Part shown: piece after piece, positions 9,628 to 19,541 of the stretch
Numbering within the stretch: position 1 is the stretch's first letter
How the letters are laid out: each line of letters opens with the position of its first letter
Assembly: GCA_963664295.1 (NCBI GenBank)
Contig: OY760935.1
Location: 973,604-1,037,603 of the forward strand
Direction of reading: 5' to 3'
DNA length: 64,000 bases
Origin: Candidatus Altimarinota bacterium
GTDB lineage: Bacteria > Patescibacteriota > Gracilibacteria > CAIRYL01 > GCA-016699755
Translations under genes and position numbers: made by a program
Notes under the pieces: model-generated
Told to the model about the DNA's origin: nothing
Databases searched by the model: none
Seen by the model: only the letters and a program-made list of their open reading frames with translations

Positions 9628-10937
9628 AACCAACTATTCTTTTATTAGCAGCTGGAAGGTCTTCTCGTATGGAACCGCTTAGTAATAAAATTTTTGCAAA
9701 ATATTTAGGCAAAGAATTAATTGTTCATCAATTTGAGCACATCTTAGGTGCTGGTTTTGAAAAATTTATTATTGTTGGAAATGAAATTAATATTAATAAA
9801 CTAAAATCACTAATTAAGCCTAATAAAAAAGTTATGGTGGACTTTGTGGTGCAACCAGATTTAAATGAGGGAATTAAGGGGGCTGTTCTTTCTGCTCAAA
9901 AAAAAATAAACAGCAAAGAGCCAATAATAATTATTAGTTCAAATGATTATGTGGAAAAAACAGCTTATAAAAAACTTCTAGAAGAAGCCAAAAAAACAAA
10001 TAATGAAATAATTATTATTGGTAAAACTGTGGATAAGTATTTTCCAGGTGGATATCTTGAGTTAAATTCAAAAAAACAAATAAAAAAAATTGTGGAAAAA
10101 CCAAAACCAGGACAAGAGCCTAGTAACTTAGTAGCTTTAATGGTTCAATACTTTAAAAATCCTCAAAACTTAATGGAAACTTACCAAAAAGTGACAAATC
10201 AACACGATGATGCCCATGAACAAGCTATGCAAATACTTTTCGATCAAAAAATTAACTCAAGTGTTGTTGAGTATCAAGGTTGTTGGCAGGCAATAAAATA
10301 TCCGTTTCATCAATTGGTTTTAACTACACGCGCACTTGATTTAATTAAAAAAACCTTTATCCACCCAAAAGCTGAGGTCTCTAAAAAGGCCTCTATAAAT
10401 GGTAATTGTTATATTGAAGAAGGTGTAAAAATATTTGATTTTGCGGTTATACAAGGACCTTGTTATATAGGAAAAAACACTATTATTGGCAACCATTCCT
10501 TAGTTCGTAATTCTCACATTGGAGAAAATTGTGTTATTGGTAGTGGGTGCGACATTTGTAGGTCTTATTTTAGTTCTCATGTTTGGACTCATCAAAATTT
10601 TATTGGTGATTCAATAATAGAAAGTAATGTTTCATTTGGGGCAGGTGCTCGCACAGCAAACCTAAGACTTGATGAAGAAAATATAGAAATGACCATAAAA
10701 GGAAACAGAATTAATAGTAATAGTAATAAATTAGGGGCTTTTATTGGTAAAAATTCACGCATAGGAATTAATACTTCAATTATGCCGGGAATTAAAATTG
10801 GTAGGAATAGTTTTATTACCTCAGGAATTGTTGTGGATAAAAATATTCCTGAAAAAAGCTTTATTAAAAAAGAAAATAAACTACTTATTAAAAGTAATTT
10901 TAAAAAACTTAAACATAGAAATAGTTTTGAACAATGA
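9624..10937 (+). CDS. Sugar-phosphate nucleotidyltransferase with C-terminal left-handed beta-helix (GlmU/GCD1-like)
   Basis: LLAAGRSSRM is the NTP-transferase G-loop. The C-terminus has hexapeptide repeats (IGKNTIIGNHSLVRNSHIGENCVIGSGC...). ATGA overlap with the upstream gene. Confidence 0.75.
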   Translation: MKPTILLLAAGRSSRMEPLSNKIFAKYLGKELIVHQFEHILGAGFEKFIIVGNEININKLKSLIKPNKKVMVDFVVQPDLNEGIKGAVLSAQKKINSKEPIIIISSNDYVEKTAYKKLLEEAKKTNNEIIIIGKTVDKYFPGGYLELNSKKQIKKIVEKPKPGQEPSNLVALMVQYFKNPQNLMETYQKVTNQHDDAHEQAMQILFDQKINSSVVEYQGCWQAIKYPFHQLVLTTRALDLIKKTFIHPKAEVSKKASINGNCYIEEGVKIFDFAVIQGPCYIGKNTIIGNHSLVRNSHIGENCVIGSGCDICRSYFSSHVWTHQNFIGDSIIESNVSFGAGARTANLRLDEENIEMTIKGNRINSNSNKLGAFIGKNSRIGINTSIMPGIKIGRNSFITSGIVVDKNIPEKSFIKKENKLLIKSNFKKLKHRNSFEQ

Positions 10938-11117
10938 ATAATTTTTTTTAACACTTAGTTTTGTTTTTGTTTACTTTCTTTTTTTTATAAATTTTTTGTT
11001 CATTATTAATTTATTTTTAATAATTACTATTGTTTGTTTTTATTATTTTTTTTGTTTAATTGTAGTTATTTTTTTGAATAATTTTTTTTAACACTTAGTT
11101 TTGTTTTTGTTTACTTT
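10935..11117. repeat. 43-bp direct repeat pair (10935-10977 and 11075-11117) in the AT-rich 339-bp spacer upstream of dnaN
   Basis: TGAATAATTTTTTTTAACACTTAGTTTTGTTTTTGTTTACTTT occurs twice, 140 bp apart, and the copies are identical by eye. The first copy overlaps the stop codon of the nucleotidyltransferase gene. Confidence 0.9.
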
Positions 11118-11276
11118 AAAGCTTTATATTTATTAAGTATATTTATACATTTAAATATTAAATACTAAAATAGGCTTTTATTATATTAATAAATATATTT
11201 ATAATTACTAATTAAATAAAAGATTGCATTTTTAAGTAAAAAAATATAATCTCTAAATAAAGAATAAATTTATTAT

Positions 11277-12386
11277 ATGCGCTTTAATATTGAACAAAAA
11301 GACTTCTTAAAGGGTCTCTTGATTGCGCAAAAAGCAATCAATAATCAAAATACATTACCAATTTTAAGTAATGTATTACTTAAAACAGAAGGTCAAAAGC
11401 TTTTTATTTCATCAACCAATCTTGAAATATCAATTAAGATAACCATCTCTGCTGAAATAAAAAATGAAGGCTCTATTACTGTTCCATCTAGAGTAATTAC
11501 TAATTGGGTAAATTTTTCTAAAGAAGGAGATATTGAAGTAAAAACAGAGGAAGGTATGAGTTTGTTTTTAAAAACAAACTCAGCAAAAACAAAAATTAAA
11601 GGAGTAAGTGCGGATGAGTTTCCAGTTTTACCTAAAGTAGAAAAAGAAAACGAATTTACAGTTAGTATTAAAGAATTTCAAAAATCAATAAATGAGGTTA
11701 GTTTTTCTTGTGCCCATTCAAATATTAGACCAGTATTATCAGGTGTTTTACTACAAGGAAAAGGTGATAAAATTCAATTAGTAGCAACTGATAGTTATCG
11801 ATTATCTGAAAAAACAATAAAACTAAATAAACCTTTAGAAAAAGAAGTTTATTCAATAATTCCTTCAAGAACAATGATTGAGCTTGAAAGAATTTTATCA
11901 GTCTTAAAAAAAGAAGAAGATGAATTAAAAATTATTATTTCTCAAAACGAAATAATGTTCCAAGTTGATAATATTGAGGTAGTTTCAAGGTTAATTGAGG
12001 GAAAGTTTCCAGAGCACACACAAATTATCCCTAAAGCAGAAAAAACAATTAGTTTAATAAATAAAGAAGACCTAGTTTTAGCTATAAAAAGAGTTGGTAT
12101 ATTCGCAAGAGAAAACAATAATAATATGCGTTTTAATTTTGATGATAATCAAGTTTTAATAACAACTGATGTAACAGAAATTGGATCAGAAGAAGCAGTT
12201 ATTCAATCAGAAGTTTCCGGTGAAAAAAATCAAACCTCATTAAATGGACAATTTTTATTAGATGTGTTGTCAGTAATTGATAATAAAGAAATTAAAATTA
12301 AAATTGCTGAAAAATTATCACCAATTATTATTCAAGGAAAAGATAATAATGAATTCATTCATGTTATAATGCCCTTAAAGATTTAA
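11277..12386 (+). CDS. dnaN: DNA polymerase III beta sliding clamp
   Basis: 369 aa. MRFNIEQKDFLKGLLIAQKAINNQNTLPILSNVLLK and VATDSYRLSEK are typical DnaN signatures, with three-domain length. Confidence 0.93.
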   Translation: MRFNIEQKDFLKGLLIAQKAINNQNTLPILSNVLLKTEGQKLFISSTNLEISIKITISAEIKNEGSITVPSRVITNWVNFSKEGDIEVKTEEGMSLFLKTNSAKTKIKGVSADEFPVLPKVEKENEFTVSIKEFQKSINEVSFSCAHSNIRPVLSGVLLQGKGDKIQLVATDSYRLSEKTIKLNKPLEKEVYSIIPSRTMIELERILSVLKKEEDELKIIISQNEIMFQVDNIEVVSRLIEGKFPEHTQIIPKAEKTISLINKEDLVLAIKRVGIFARENNNNMRFNFDDNQVLITTDVTEIGSEEAVIQSEVSGEKNQTSLNGQFLLDVLSVIDNKEIKIKIAEKLSPIIIQGKDNNEFIHVIMPLKI

Positions 12387-12454
12387 TTTAAAAATTAAGT
12401 AAATTAAGAAATCAATTAACACGCAATTTTTTGTGTGCAAATTAATAATTTTAT

Positions 12455-15400
12455 ATGTTAGAGAATATTTTCCCAAAAATTCAACTTGAGAACATAGAAA
12501 AAAAACTCCAAAAAGATAAAAAAATAACTTTATCTGGTGTTAGTAATAAATCTGCAAAAAGTTTTTTATTTAAAAAACTTTTTTTTAATAAAAAAACTCC
12601 AAGGAGATTTCTTTGGGTTTTAAATAATAAAAATGACGTTATTGACCTAAGTAACACATTAAGTCTTTTTTTAGGTAATAATTGGGAAATAAAAACCTTA
12701 CACAAAGAAGAGGAAACAAAAGAAGTTCAAAAAATCGAATGGGTAATTAATTTAGAAAAAAAACCTATAAAAAATGAAATTTATATATTAAGTCAAAAAG
12801 AATTATTAGAGATGTTTCCAAGCCCAAACAAAATCCATGAAAATAAAATAAGTTTTTATAAAAAAGATAAAATTAATATTCTTAAAATTTTTAATAATTT
12901 AATAGAAATTGGTTATAAAGCATCACAAGATGTTGTTTTACACAAAGGTCAACATAGGAGAAGTGGCGATGTTTTAGATATATTTCCAATAGGTAATAAT
13001 AAACCAGTAAAAATAGAGATAGAGTTTGATGTAATAAAAAATATTTATGAATTTTTACCAGATAGAAAAAAGATATCAAAATCACTAAATAGTATTAATA
13101 TTTACCCAGCTAACACAGAAAAATCACAAGACTTATTTTTTAATTTTTTCTCTCAAGATGATTGTCTTATTTTTGATGACTTAGAAGATGGAGAATTTTT
13201 AGAGAACAGCTTAAATAAAACAAAATCATGTCGTATTGACTTTACAAGTTTTTTAGAAGCAGACGGAGAACAGGGTGCTCATTTAAGATACTTATCAGTA
13301 CTTAAATTCTTTAATCTTTTTGATTTAATTGCTGATTTAAAAACAAAAATAGAAAAAGATTGGTACATTACAATTTTAACCAAAAGGATTGATGAAATTA
13401 GGAATATTTTTAAAGAAGAAAAAATACCTTTTTCAGAAAAAGAATCAGAAAAAAGCCTTGTTTATTTATTAGACGCAAAAGAATTAGAGCATATACCATC
13501 TTCTTTTCAAAACCAGGAAAGAAAAATTATCTTCCTTACTGATCGTGAAATATTTCAAATAAGAAAAAGTCGTAAAATGAAAGCCTTAGAAAAGGCTAAT
13601 ATAGAATTTTTAACAAGCCTAAAAATAGGAGATTTTGTGGTTCACACAGACCATGGAATAGGTAGATTTACAGGTATTTCAGAGCAAGAGATAGATAATA
13701 TTACCAGAGAGTTTTTAGAAATATCTTATGCAGATAATGATAAGCTTTTTGTGCCAGTTGACCAGGCCGACAAGGTAGCTCGTTTTGTTGCAGGTGATGA
13801 TGTTGAACCAAAAATAACCCGCCTAGGAAGTCAGGAATGGAAAAATATTTGTAAATCAGTTAAAAAAGAAACTAAAAAAATAGCTAAAGAATTACTAAAA
13901 ATTCAAGCAATGCGCTCACAAGCTAAAGGAGTTGCTTTTAATGAAGATGATGAAAAACAAAAACAATTTGAAAAAACTTTTCCATACGAAGAAACACCAG
14001 GTCAAATGAGGGCTATTATGGACACAAAAAAAGACATGGAAGAAGCCGAGCCTATGGATAGACTTATTTGTGGTGATGTTGGATTTGGTAAAACAGAAGT
14101 TGCCATGAGAGCGGCCTTTAAGGCAGTTTGTAGTGGCTATCAAGTTGCACTAGTCTCACCTGTGACTATTTTAGCTGACCAGCATTATAAATCGTTTAAA
14201 AAACGCATGGACAAGTTTGGGGTGAAAATTGAGATGCTATCTCGTTTTAGGTCACCCAGTGAACAAAGAAAAATAATAGAAGAACTAAAAAAAGGAAAAA
14301 TAGATATCATTATTGGCACACATAGATTACTACAAGGTGATATTAGCTTTTTTAAATTAGGGTTAGTTGTTATTGATGAAGAACAAAGATTTGGTGTGAA
14401 GCAAAAAGAAAAATTTAAACAACTTAGAAAAGAGGTTGATATATTAACATTATCAGCAACACCAATACCAAGAACCCTTAATTTAGCTCTTCATAAACTA
14501 AGAAATATTACCACAATCAACACAGCCCCTCCAGGAAGACTACCTGTTTTAACTGAGATTAGAAAATACTCCGAAGCCCTAGTTCGAGAGGCTATCTTAA
14601 AAGAAACCGAAAGGGGTGGTCAAATTTTCTTTTTACATAACAGGGTAGAAACAATAGAGGCTATTGCAAGTAAATTAAGAATATTAATACCAGAAGCGCG
14701 CTTTATTGTGGCACATGGGCAAATGAAACCAAACGAACTTGAAGACCGCATAGTTGCTTTTAAAAACAAAAAATATGATGTTTTGGTTTCATCAACAATT
14801 ATTGAAAATGGAATTGATTTACCTAATGCTAACACCTTAATTGTTCGTAATGCTGAACAGTTTGGATTAGCCCAATTGTATCAACTTAGAGGGCGCATAG
14901 GGCGTGGAAAAACCCAAGCATACGCTTATTTTTTATATCAAACCCAAAAACTTAAACCAGAAGCAAAAAAACGCCTTAGAGCTATTGTGGAGGCATCAGA
15001 ACTAGGAAGTGGTTTTCAAATTGCAATGAAGGATATGGAAATTCGTGGAGCTGGTGATATTTTAGGGGTTAACCAGCACGGTACAGTAAACACAGTTGGT
15101 GTTAATTATTTCTTAAAACTCCTTAATCAAACTATTGAAGAAATTAAAACTGGCACAGGGGGTGATAAAAAAGAAGAAAAAGATGTTATTATTGAAATCC
15201 CTGTTGATGCCTATATTCCAAGTAGCTTTATTCCAGATCAAAAGGAAAAAATCCTTGCTTATCAACAATTAGCAGCGGTTAAGTCTTTTAATTCTTTAGA
15301 TGAACTTAAAAATGACCTTGTTGAAGAGTTTGGTAAGTTACCAAAAGAGGTTAGGAACTTGTTTACAGTATTAAAAATAAAGCTTTATGCGCGCGAAGCA

Positions 15401-15625
15401 AAGTTATTAGCTGTGCGATCTGTTCCACTAGGACGAGATGGGCGTGAAATACACCTACATTTATCAAAAAATGTGACAGCAGTAGAAATAATGAACCTAC
15501 TAAAACATAACGACAAGTGGCAAATTTCAGGTGATAAATTAAAAACCAATGTAAAAAATCTTGGCTTTAATTGGATTGACGAGTTAATTAAATCAATTAA
15601 AAAATTAAAAAAGAAAACCAGTTAA
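12455..15625 (+). CDS. mfd: Transcription-repair coupling factor
   Basis: CarD-like RID (GDFVVHTDHGIGRF), SF2 helicase motifs (GDVGFGKTEVA, DEEQRFG, LSATPIPRT, QLRGRIGRG) and the TRG motif region. 1056 aa. Confidence 0.93.
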   Translation: MLENIFPKIQLENIEKKLQKDKKITLSGVSNKSAKSFLFKKLFFNKKTPRRFLWVLNNKNDVIDLSNTLSLFLGNNWEIKTLHKEEETKEVQKIEWVINLEKKPIKNEIYILSQKELLEMFPSPNKIHENKISFYKKDKINILKIFNNLIEIGYKASQDVVLHKGQHRRSGDVLDIFPIGNNKPVKIEIEFDVIKNIYEFLPDRKKISKSLNSINIYPANTEKSQDLFFNFFSQDDCLIFDDLEDGEFLENSLNKTKSCRIDFTSFLEADGEQGAHLRYLSVLKFFNLFDLIADLKTKIEKDWYITILTKRIDEIRNIFKEEKIPFSEKESEKSLVYLLDAKELEHIPSSFQNQERKIIFLTDREIFQIRKSRKMKALEKANIEFLTSLKIGDFVVHTDHGIGRFTGISEQEIDNITREFLEISYADNDKLFVPVDQADKVARFVAGDDVEPKITRLGSQEWKNICKSVKKETKKIAKELLKIQAMRSQAKGVAFNEDDEKQKQFEKTFPYEETPGQMRAIMDTKKDMEEAEPMDRLICGDVGFGKTEVAMRAAFKAVCSGYQVALVSPVTILADQHYKSFKKRMDKFGVKIEMLSRFRSPSEQRKIIEELKKGKIDIIIGTHRLLQGDISFFKLGLVVIDEEQRFGVKQKEKFKQLRKEVDILTLSATPIPRTLNLALHKLRNITTINTAPPGRLPVLTEIRKYSEALVREAILKETERGGQIFFLHNRVETIEAIASKLRILIPEARFIVAHGQMKPNELEDRIVAFKNKKYDVLVSSTIIENGIDLPNANTLIVRNAEQFGLAQLYQLRGRIGRGKTQAYAYFLYQTQKLKPEAKKRLRAIVEASELGSGFQIAMKDMEIRGAGDILGVNQHGTVNTVGVNYFLKLLNQTIEEIKTGTGGDKKEEKDVIIEIPVDAYIPSSFIPDQKEKILAYQQLAAVKSFNSLDELKNDLVEEFGKLPKEVRNLFTVLKIKLYAREAKLLAVRSVPLGRDGREIHLHLSKNVTAVEIMNLLKHNDKWQISGDKLKTNVKNLGFNWIDELIKSIKKLKKKTS

Positions 15626-16761
15626 TTTTCTTTGAAAATTTTTACAAAAAAGATTAAAGATAAAGAAATAGCCCCTGATATTATTAGTGGCCAATGAAAA
15701 CCAAAATTGCCACCAATTAAACCATAAATCAACTGACCAATAAAAGATCCAAAAATCATAATTAAACTTGTTAATCCTGAGTGGCTACCAATACGCTCTA
15801 TTTTGAAGAATTTTTTAAGCCCAACAAATAAAACAAGCCCCATAATTCCATCACCAATACCATGAATCATGCGCATTGTTGCAGAAAGCCAAACAATAGG
15901 CACAACCATTAAAATATGAGTTAAGCCCGACAAAAAAAGCCCCCAGAAAAACATTTTTTCTAAGGAAGTTTTTTTGTTTTCTATTAAATTACCAAAAATT
16001 AAAACAGTTATAGCCATAAATAATAATTCTCCTGCCATATAGAAACCCATTCCTACACTGCTTAGGCCTAAATTTTTTTTTAGAAAGATACCATAAGCAA
16101 CGTCTTCTGCTCCCCAATGGCTAGCAAAAAGACCTAAAACAAAAATAAAAACTAAAACATTTTGTCTTTTTAAGTCATTTATATTTTCAATTAAGTTAAT
16201 TTTCATAGCCTGTAGTCTTGATAATTGGGTTAATAAAAAAAATAACACCAAAAAACCAACTGATTGGATAATAAAAACATATTTAAACTGAAACTTATTA
16301 ATAAAAAACCCACTTAAAATCATTCCTAAACCTATTAATAAAGGATTAAAAAAATTATATAAGCCAAAAATTTTACCAGAATATTCATTTTTAACGCGTT
16401 TTAATAATTCAGTATTAATAGAGTTTTTTAGTGAATAATAAAAAACCCCAAAGACAACAAATAATAAGGATAAAGCAAAAAAACCATGGAATAAATAAAA
16501 ACCAATATTAATAAAAATCAAGAAAAAACTTGATAAAAGCCCAATATTTTTAGGTGTAAAGCGATCCGAAGAAATACCCGCAGGCAATAAAAACAAAATA
16601 GCGGAAATTGAGCTTAAACCAAAAAACCAACCAATTTCTTTTCCAGAAAAACCAAGGCTGTCTAAATAAGGAGCAAAAAAGAACCTTATTGCCATCCATA
16701 AAACACCAATTAAAGCATTAATTAAAAATAATAGCCAAAAATTTTTTCCAACCTTATTCAT
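15622..16761 (-). CDS. MFS-type transporter
   Basis: 379 aa with about 11-12 TM helices and an MFS-like loop SSDRFTPKNIG after TM2. Substrate unknown. Confidence 0.6.
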   Translation of the reverse strand: MNKVGKNFWLLFLINALIGVLWMAIRFFFAPYLDSLGFSGKEIGWFFGLSSISAILFLLPAGISSDRFTPKNIGLLSSFFLIFINIGFYLFHGFFALSLLFVVFGVFYYSLKNSINTELLKRVKNEYSGKIFGLYNFFNPLLIGLGMILSGFFINKFQFKYVFIIQSVGFLVLFFLLTQLSRLQAMKINLIENINDLKRQNVLVFIFVLGLFASHWGAEDVAYGIFLKKNLGLSSVGMGFYMAGELLFMAITVLIFGNLIENKKTSLEKMFFWGLFLSGLTHILMVVPIVWLSATMRMIHGIGDGIMGLVLFVGLKKFFKIERIGSHSGLTSLIMIFGSFIGQLIYGLIGGNFGFHWPLIISGAISLSLIFFVKIFKEN

Positions 16762-16822
16762 TATAAAAAAATATTAACACAGTTTTATTGTCCATTTTGA
16801 ATATTTTTGTCAAAATAAATAT

Positions 16823-17374
16823 ATGAAAAAAGTTTTTTTCTTGGCAATTAGTTTAATTTTTCTTTTTTCTGCCTGTGGTGGAGGAGATAATTCAACTGAC
16901 AATCAATTAGCACAATATATTACTAATTCATTTGAAATAAGCTATCCGCTTGGCTGGAGCGCCAGAAATAAAGAACAACTAATGGAAGAAGGTGCACCAG
17001 AAGCAACATTAGCTGTTTTTAGATCAGAACAAGAAATAAGTGGTATTTTTCCCACAATAGCGGTGGTGGCTGAGGATATAGACAAAAATTTTACTTCTTT
17101 AAAATACGCACAAGCAAACACAGAAAACACAAGCAAGGTTTTACAAAATTTTCAAACAATAAGCAGAGAAGAGCTTGAAATTAACAATGAAAAAACAATT
17201 TTATATATTTTTTCAGGGAGAACAAATCCAGACAACGCAGATATGCAATATGCTCAAGTTTATTTTGCAAAAAATGGCATAGGTATTACGGTTTCAGCGT
17301 TGTTTCCTTTAAATTCGGAGGAAAATTATAAACAATGGTTAATTTCATCAATAAAAACATTTCGTTTTCAATAA
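16823..17374 (+). CDS. Putative lipoprotein, unknown function
   Basis: Signal peptide ending LFSACGG (lipobox-like Cys) followed by a soluble about 160-aa domain. No motif recognised. Confidence 0.55.
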   Translation: MKKVFFLAISLIFLFSACGGGDNSTDNQLAQYITNSFEISYPLGWSARNKEQLMEEGAPEATLAVFRSEQEISGIFPTIAVVAEDIDKNFTSLKYAQANTENTSKVLQNFQTISREELEINNEKTILYIFSGRTNPDNADMQYAQVYFAKNGIGITVSALFPLNSEENYKQWLISSIKTFRFQ

Positions 17375-17417
17375 AAAATCAGCTAAAATAAGCTAGCTCT
17401 TTGAAAAAGTGTATTTT

Positions 17418-17491
17418 GGCGACGTGGCCAAGTGGTAAGGCAGGGGCCTGCAAAGCCTTTATCGGCGGTTCGATTCCGCCCGTCGCCTCCA
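17418..17491 (+). tRNA. tRNA-Cys (GCA), CCA encoded
   Basis: Cloverleaf folded by hand. Acceptor GGCGACG/CGTCGCC, anticodon loop CTGCAAA, T-loop GGTTCGATTCC, 3' TCCA. Confidence 0.92.
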
Positions 17492-17495
17492 CCTT

Positions 17496-17580
17496 GCCGG
17501 GGTGGTGGAATGGTAGACACGAGGGACTTAAAATCCCTTGAGCAATGCTCGTGCGGGTTCGAGTCCCGCCCCCGGCACCA
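17496..17580 (+). tRNA. tRNA-Leu (TAA), long variable arm, CCA encoded
   Basis: Acceptor GCCGGGG/CCCCGGC, anticodon loop CTTAAAA, variable arm GAGCAATGCTCG, T-loop GGTTCGAGTCC. It starts 4 nt after tRNA-Cys. Confidence 0.92.
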
Positions 17581-17658
17581 ACCTTTTATTTTCAAATTTG
17601 AACAAAACCTATTTTGGTTTAAAATAGTAACAACCTTTATGGGTTTTTTTTAAAAACA

Positions 17659-18279
17659 ATGAAAGATATTAATAAATTTCTTAAACAAAAACCTAAAAAA
17701 ATAAAAAAACAGCATCTTTTGGTGCATAAAACCAAAAAAGAAGTTTTAATAAAATTTATTTTATTGTTTTTTGTTTTACTGGCTTATTTTTTGTTTTTGA
17801 CTTGGAAATTTAACATTGTCACAGGAGGTGTTGTTGCAATTTTAACCTGGAGTTTTTTTGTTTTGTGTACACCCATTGCGGATGCGGGCTTTTTACTAGA
17901 CTTTCCTTTGCGATTGCTTTTTGGGGTTCGAATGTTTATTTCTGAGCTTTTTGTGTGGCTAATTGCAATTGGCGTGAATATTATTATTTTATTGTATTAT
18001 TCTGATTTTTATGAGGCTACTTTTTTAACCTCATTATTTAAAAAAATATTATTAAACCCTTATCCATACTGGATAATAATATTATTGTCTGCTGTGGGCA
18101 CTTTTTTCTCAGTTGTTTTTGGTGATGAGTTGTTAGACATTATTAAACATAAAGACAGAAAAATGCATCATACATATGGATTTAAACACCAATTAATTGT
18201 TTTTGGGGTGATTTTTTTGTTAACAATTTGGTCTTATTATCATTTTTTAGAAACTTTAAACATAAAAATTGATCATTGA
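17659..18279 (+). CDS. Hypothetical polytopic membrane protein
   Basis: 206 aa with a lysine-rich N-terminus and then about 5 TM helices. No recognised motif. Confidence 0.5.
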   Translation: MKDINKFLKQKPKKIKKQHLLVHKTKKEVLIKFILLFFVLLAYFLFLTWKFNIVTGGVVAILTWSFFVLCTPIADAGFLLDFPLRLLFGVRMFISELFVWLIAIGVNIIILLYYSDFYEATFLTSLFKKILLNPYPYWIIILLSAVGTFFSVVFGDELLDIIKHKDRKMHHTYGFKHQLIVFGVIFLLTIWSYYHFLETLNIKIDH

Positions 18280-18281
18280 CT

Positions 18282-18740
18282 ATGGAAATTAGTTTAAGAG
18301 AAATAATTGGGCTTGAAATACATGTTAATCAGGAAAATTGTGGTTTTTTGCGAGTTGTTTTAATTAAAGACGCAAACGGAAAAGTGGCAGGCATCTTAAA
18401 TGATAATAAAAAGTTTTTTTCAGTAGAAAATATCGCCTTAATTCAGCGCTCTGTAATTTTATCAAGCTGTGAATTAGGCACTTCTGAGGGTAAAAATTGG
18501 CTAGGATTAAAAGTGGAAACAAGAAGTGGCAAAAGAAAAGGTAAAGTTAGTAATGTTTTTTTTGATGAAAATCTTACCCAAGTAAAAAAAATAGAAGTAA
18601 AGAAAAAAATTTTAGGATTTTTTAATAAAAAAATTATTCTACCCAGCAATTTAATATTTGAAGTACAAAAAAACAAAATAATTATTATTGATGATACACA
18701 AAAAGCAGTAGAAATAAAATTAGCCCCTAGCGGTGCTTAG
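18282..18740 (+). CDS. Hypothetical protein, possible tandem PRC-barrel-like domains
   Basis: Two segments have the pattern L.G..V.....G...G.V.-V..D (GLEIHVNQENCGFLRVVLIKDANGKVAGIL and GLKVETRSGKRKGKVSNVFFDE). Start taken at the ATG 2 nt after the upstream stop; the track uses TTG at 18276. Confidence 0.45.
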   Translation: MEISLREIIGLEIHVNQENCGFLRVVLIKDANGKVAGILNDNKKFFSVENIALIQRSVILSSCELGTSEGKNWLGLKVETRSGKRKGKVSNVFFDENLTQVKKIEVKKKILGFFNKKIILPSNLIFEVQKNKIIIIDDTQKAVEIKLAPSGA

Positions 18741-18750
18741 TTATATACTA

Positions 18751-18785
18751 AAAACAACCCTATAGTTAATAGGGCTGTTTTTTTA
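18751..18785. terminator. Bidirectional intrinsic terminator between convergent genes
   Basis: A-run, then stem CAACCCTAT / ATAGGGCTG (one mismatch) with loop AGTTA, then an 8-nt T-run. Confidence 0.6.
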
Positions 18786-18800
18786 AAGTCTTTTTATTGA

Positions 18801-19190
18801 TTAAGTAGTTGTGCCGTCGCCTACAGCGATAATCCATCTTACTATAGAGTAGGACAAGAGGATTATAACAATACCAATTGCGGCCCAGGTAATAATTTTT
18901 TTACCTTTGTTAACTTGTTCTTCTTCACCCTGAGCTGTAACCATAAGCACACCAGCGTAAATAATGAAACCAACTGCAATAATTCCTAGAAACAATAGGA
19001 AGTAGTTAATAAACATACGCACAGCATCTTGTAAGCCAGTGTTTACAGCAGCGTCTGGGCGATCTTCAGTTCTGATTAAATTTTCAGAAGCTGCCAAAGA
19101 GCCGTCAACACCAAGAAAGGCCACAAGCCCGGCCACTGTTGCAAAAGCTAAAGTAGCTGGTGAAAGAAGGATTTTTTTTAGTTTTTTCAT
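18801..19190 (-). CDS. VirB2/TrbC-like (T4SS-pilin-type) small membrane protein, paralogue 1
   Basis: Signal peptide (…GSLAA) and then a C-terminal helix-loop-helix: IIAVGFIIYAGVLMVTAQGEEEQVNKGKKIITWAAIGIVIILLSYSIVRWI. The same module occurs at 19542-19820 and 52051-52650. Confidence 0.65.
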   Translation of the reverse strand: MKKLKKILLSPATLAFATVAGLVAFLGVDGSLAASENLIRTEDRPDAAVNTGLQDAVRMFINYFLLFLGIIAVGFIIYAGVLMVTAQGEEEQVNKGKKIITWAAIGIVIILLSYSIVRWIIAVGDGTTT

Positions 19191-19326
19191 TTTAAATTTG
19201 AAAAGTTTTTAGTTAAAAATTTTATTTTTCATATTATTCTAACAGAAAAACATTAAGTTTTCAAGTAAATTGTCTACTTTACGGTAAAAAAAATCAAGTT
19301 TTTTATAAAATATACTTAATAAAATA

Positions 19327-19355
19327 TTGACAAAGGCGCTAAAAAAAGTGAAAAT
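19327..19355 (+). promoter_or_regulatory. Putative sigma-70-type promoter for tRNA-Glu (TTGACA-N17-GAAAAT)
   Basis: TTGACA at 19327-19332, a 17-nt spacer and GAAAAT at 19350-19355, about 59 nt upstream of the tRNA. Confidence 0.35.
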
Positions 19356-19413
19356 GAGGCTCGCTGTAATAAGCAACATTTAGCTAATTAGCAACAAAAA
19401 GCACAATTAACTA

Positions 19414-19488
19414 GGCCCGTTCGTCTAGTGGTTAGGACGCCAGGTTTTCATCCTGGTAACAGGGGTTCGATTCCCCTACGGGCTACCA
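19414..19488 (+). tRNA. tRNA-Glu (TTC), CCA encoded
   Basis: Acceptor GGCCCGT/ACGGGCT (G1-U72), anticodon stem CCAGG/CCTGG with loop TTTTCAT, T-loop GGTTCGATTCC. Confidence 0.9.
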
Positions 19489-19541
19489 AGTGCTTTTTTT
19501 TGTTGTTTTTATTTTTAAGATTACTAATTTATAATATAACC

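Noticed and set aside
10832-10840. Perfect DnaA box TGTGGATAA
   Set aside because: It is a single occurrence inside the nucleotidyltransferase CDS, and I saw no cluster of boxes. That is insufficient to call an origin; it is mentioned only in the dnaN-upstream finding.
17383-17653. ORF-track entries 17383..17595 (-) and 17432..17653 (+)
   Set aside because: They lie entirely across the tRNA-Cys and tRNA-Leu genes, and their GC-rich translation (PPPRQGGG...) is an artefact of tRNA sequence.
19428-19541. N-terminal 38 aa of track ORF 19428..19820
   Set aside because: This part is translated through tRNA-Glu (MVRTPGFHPGNRGSIPLRAT). The real start is most likely ATG 19542.
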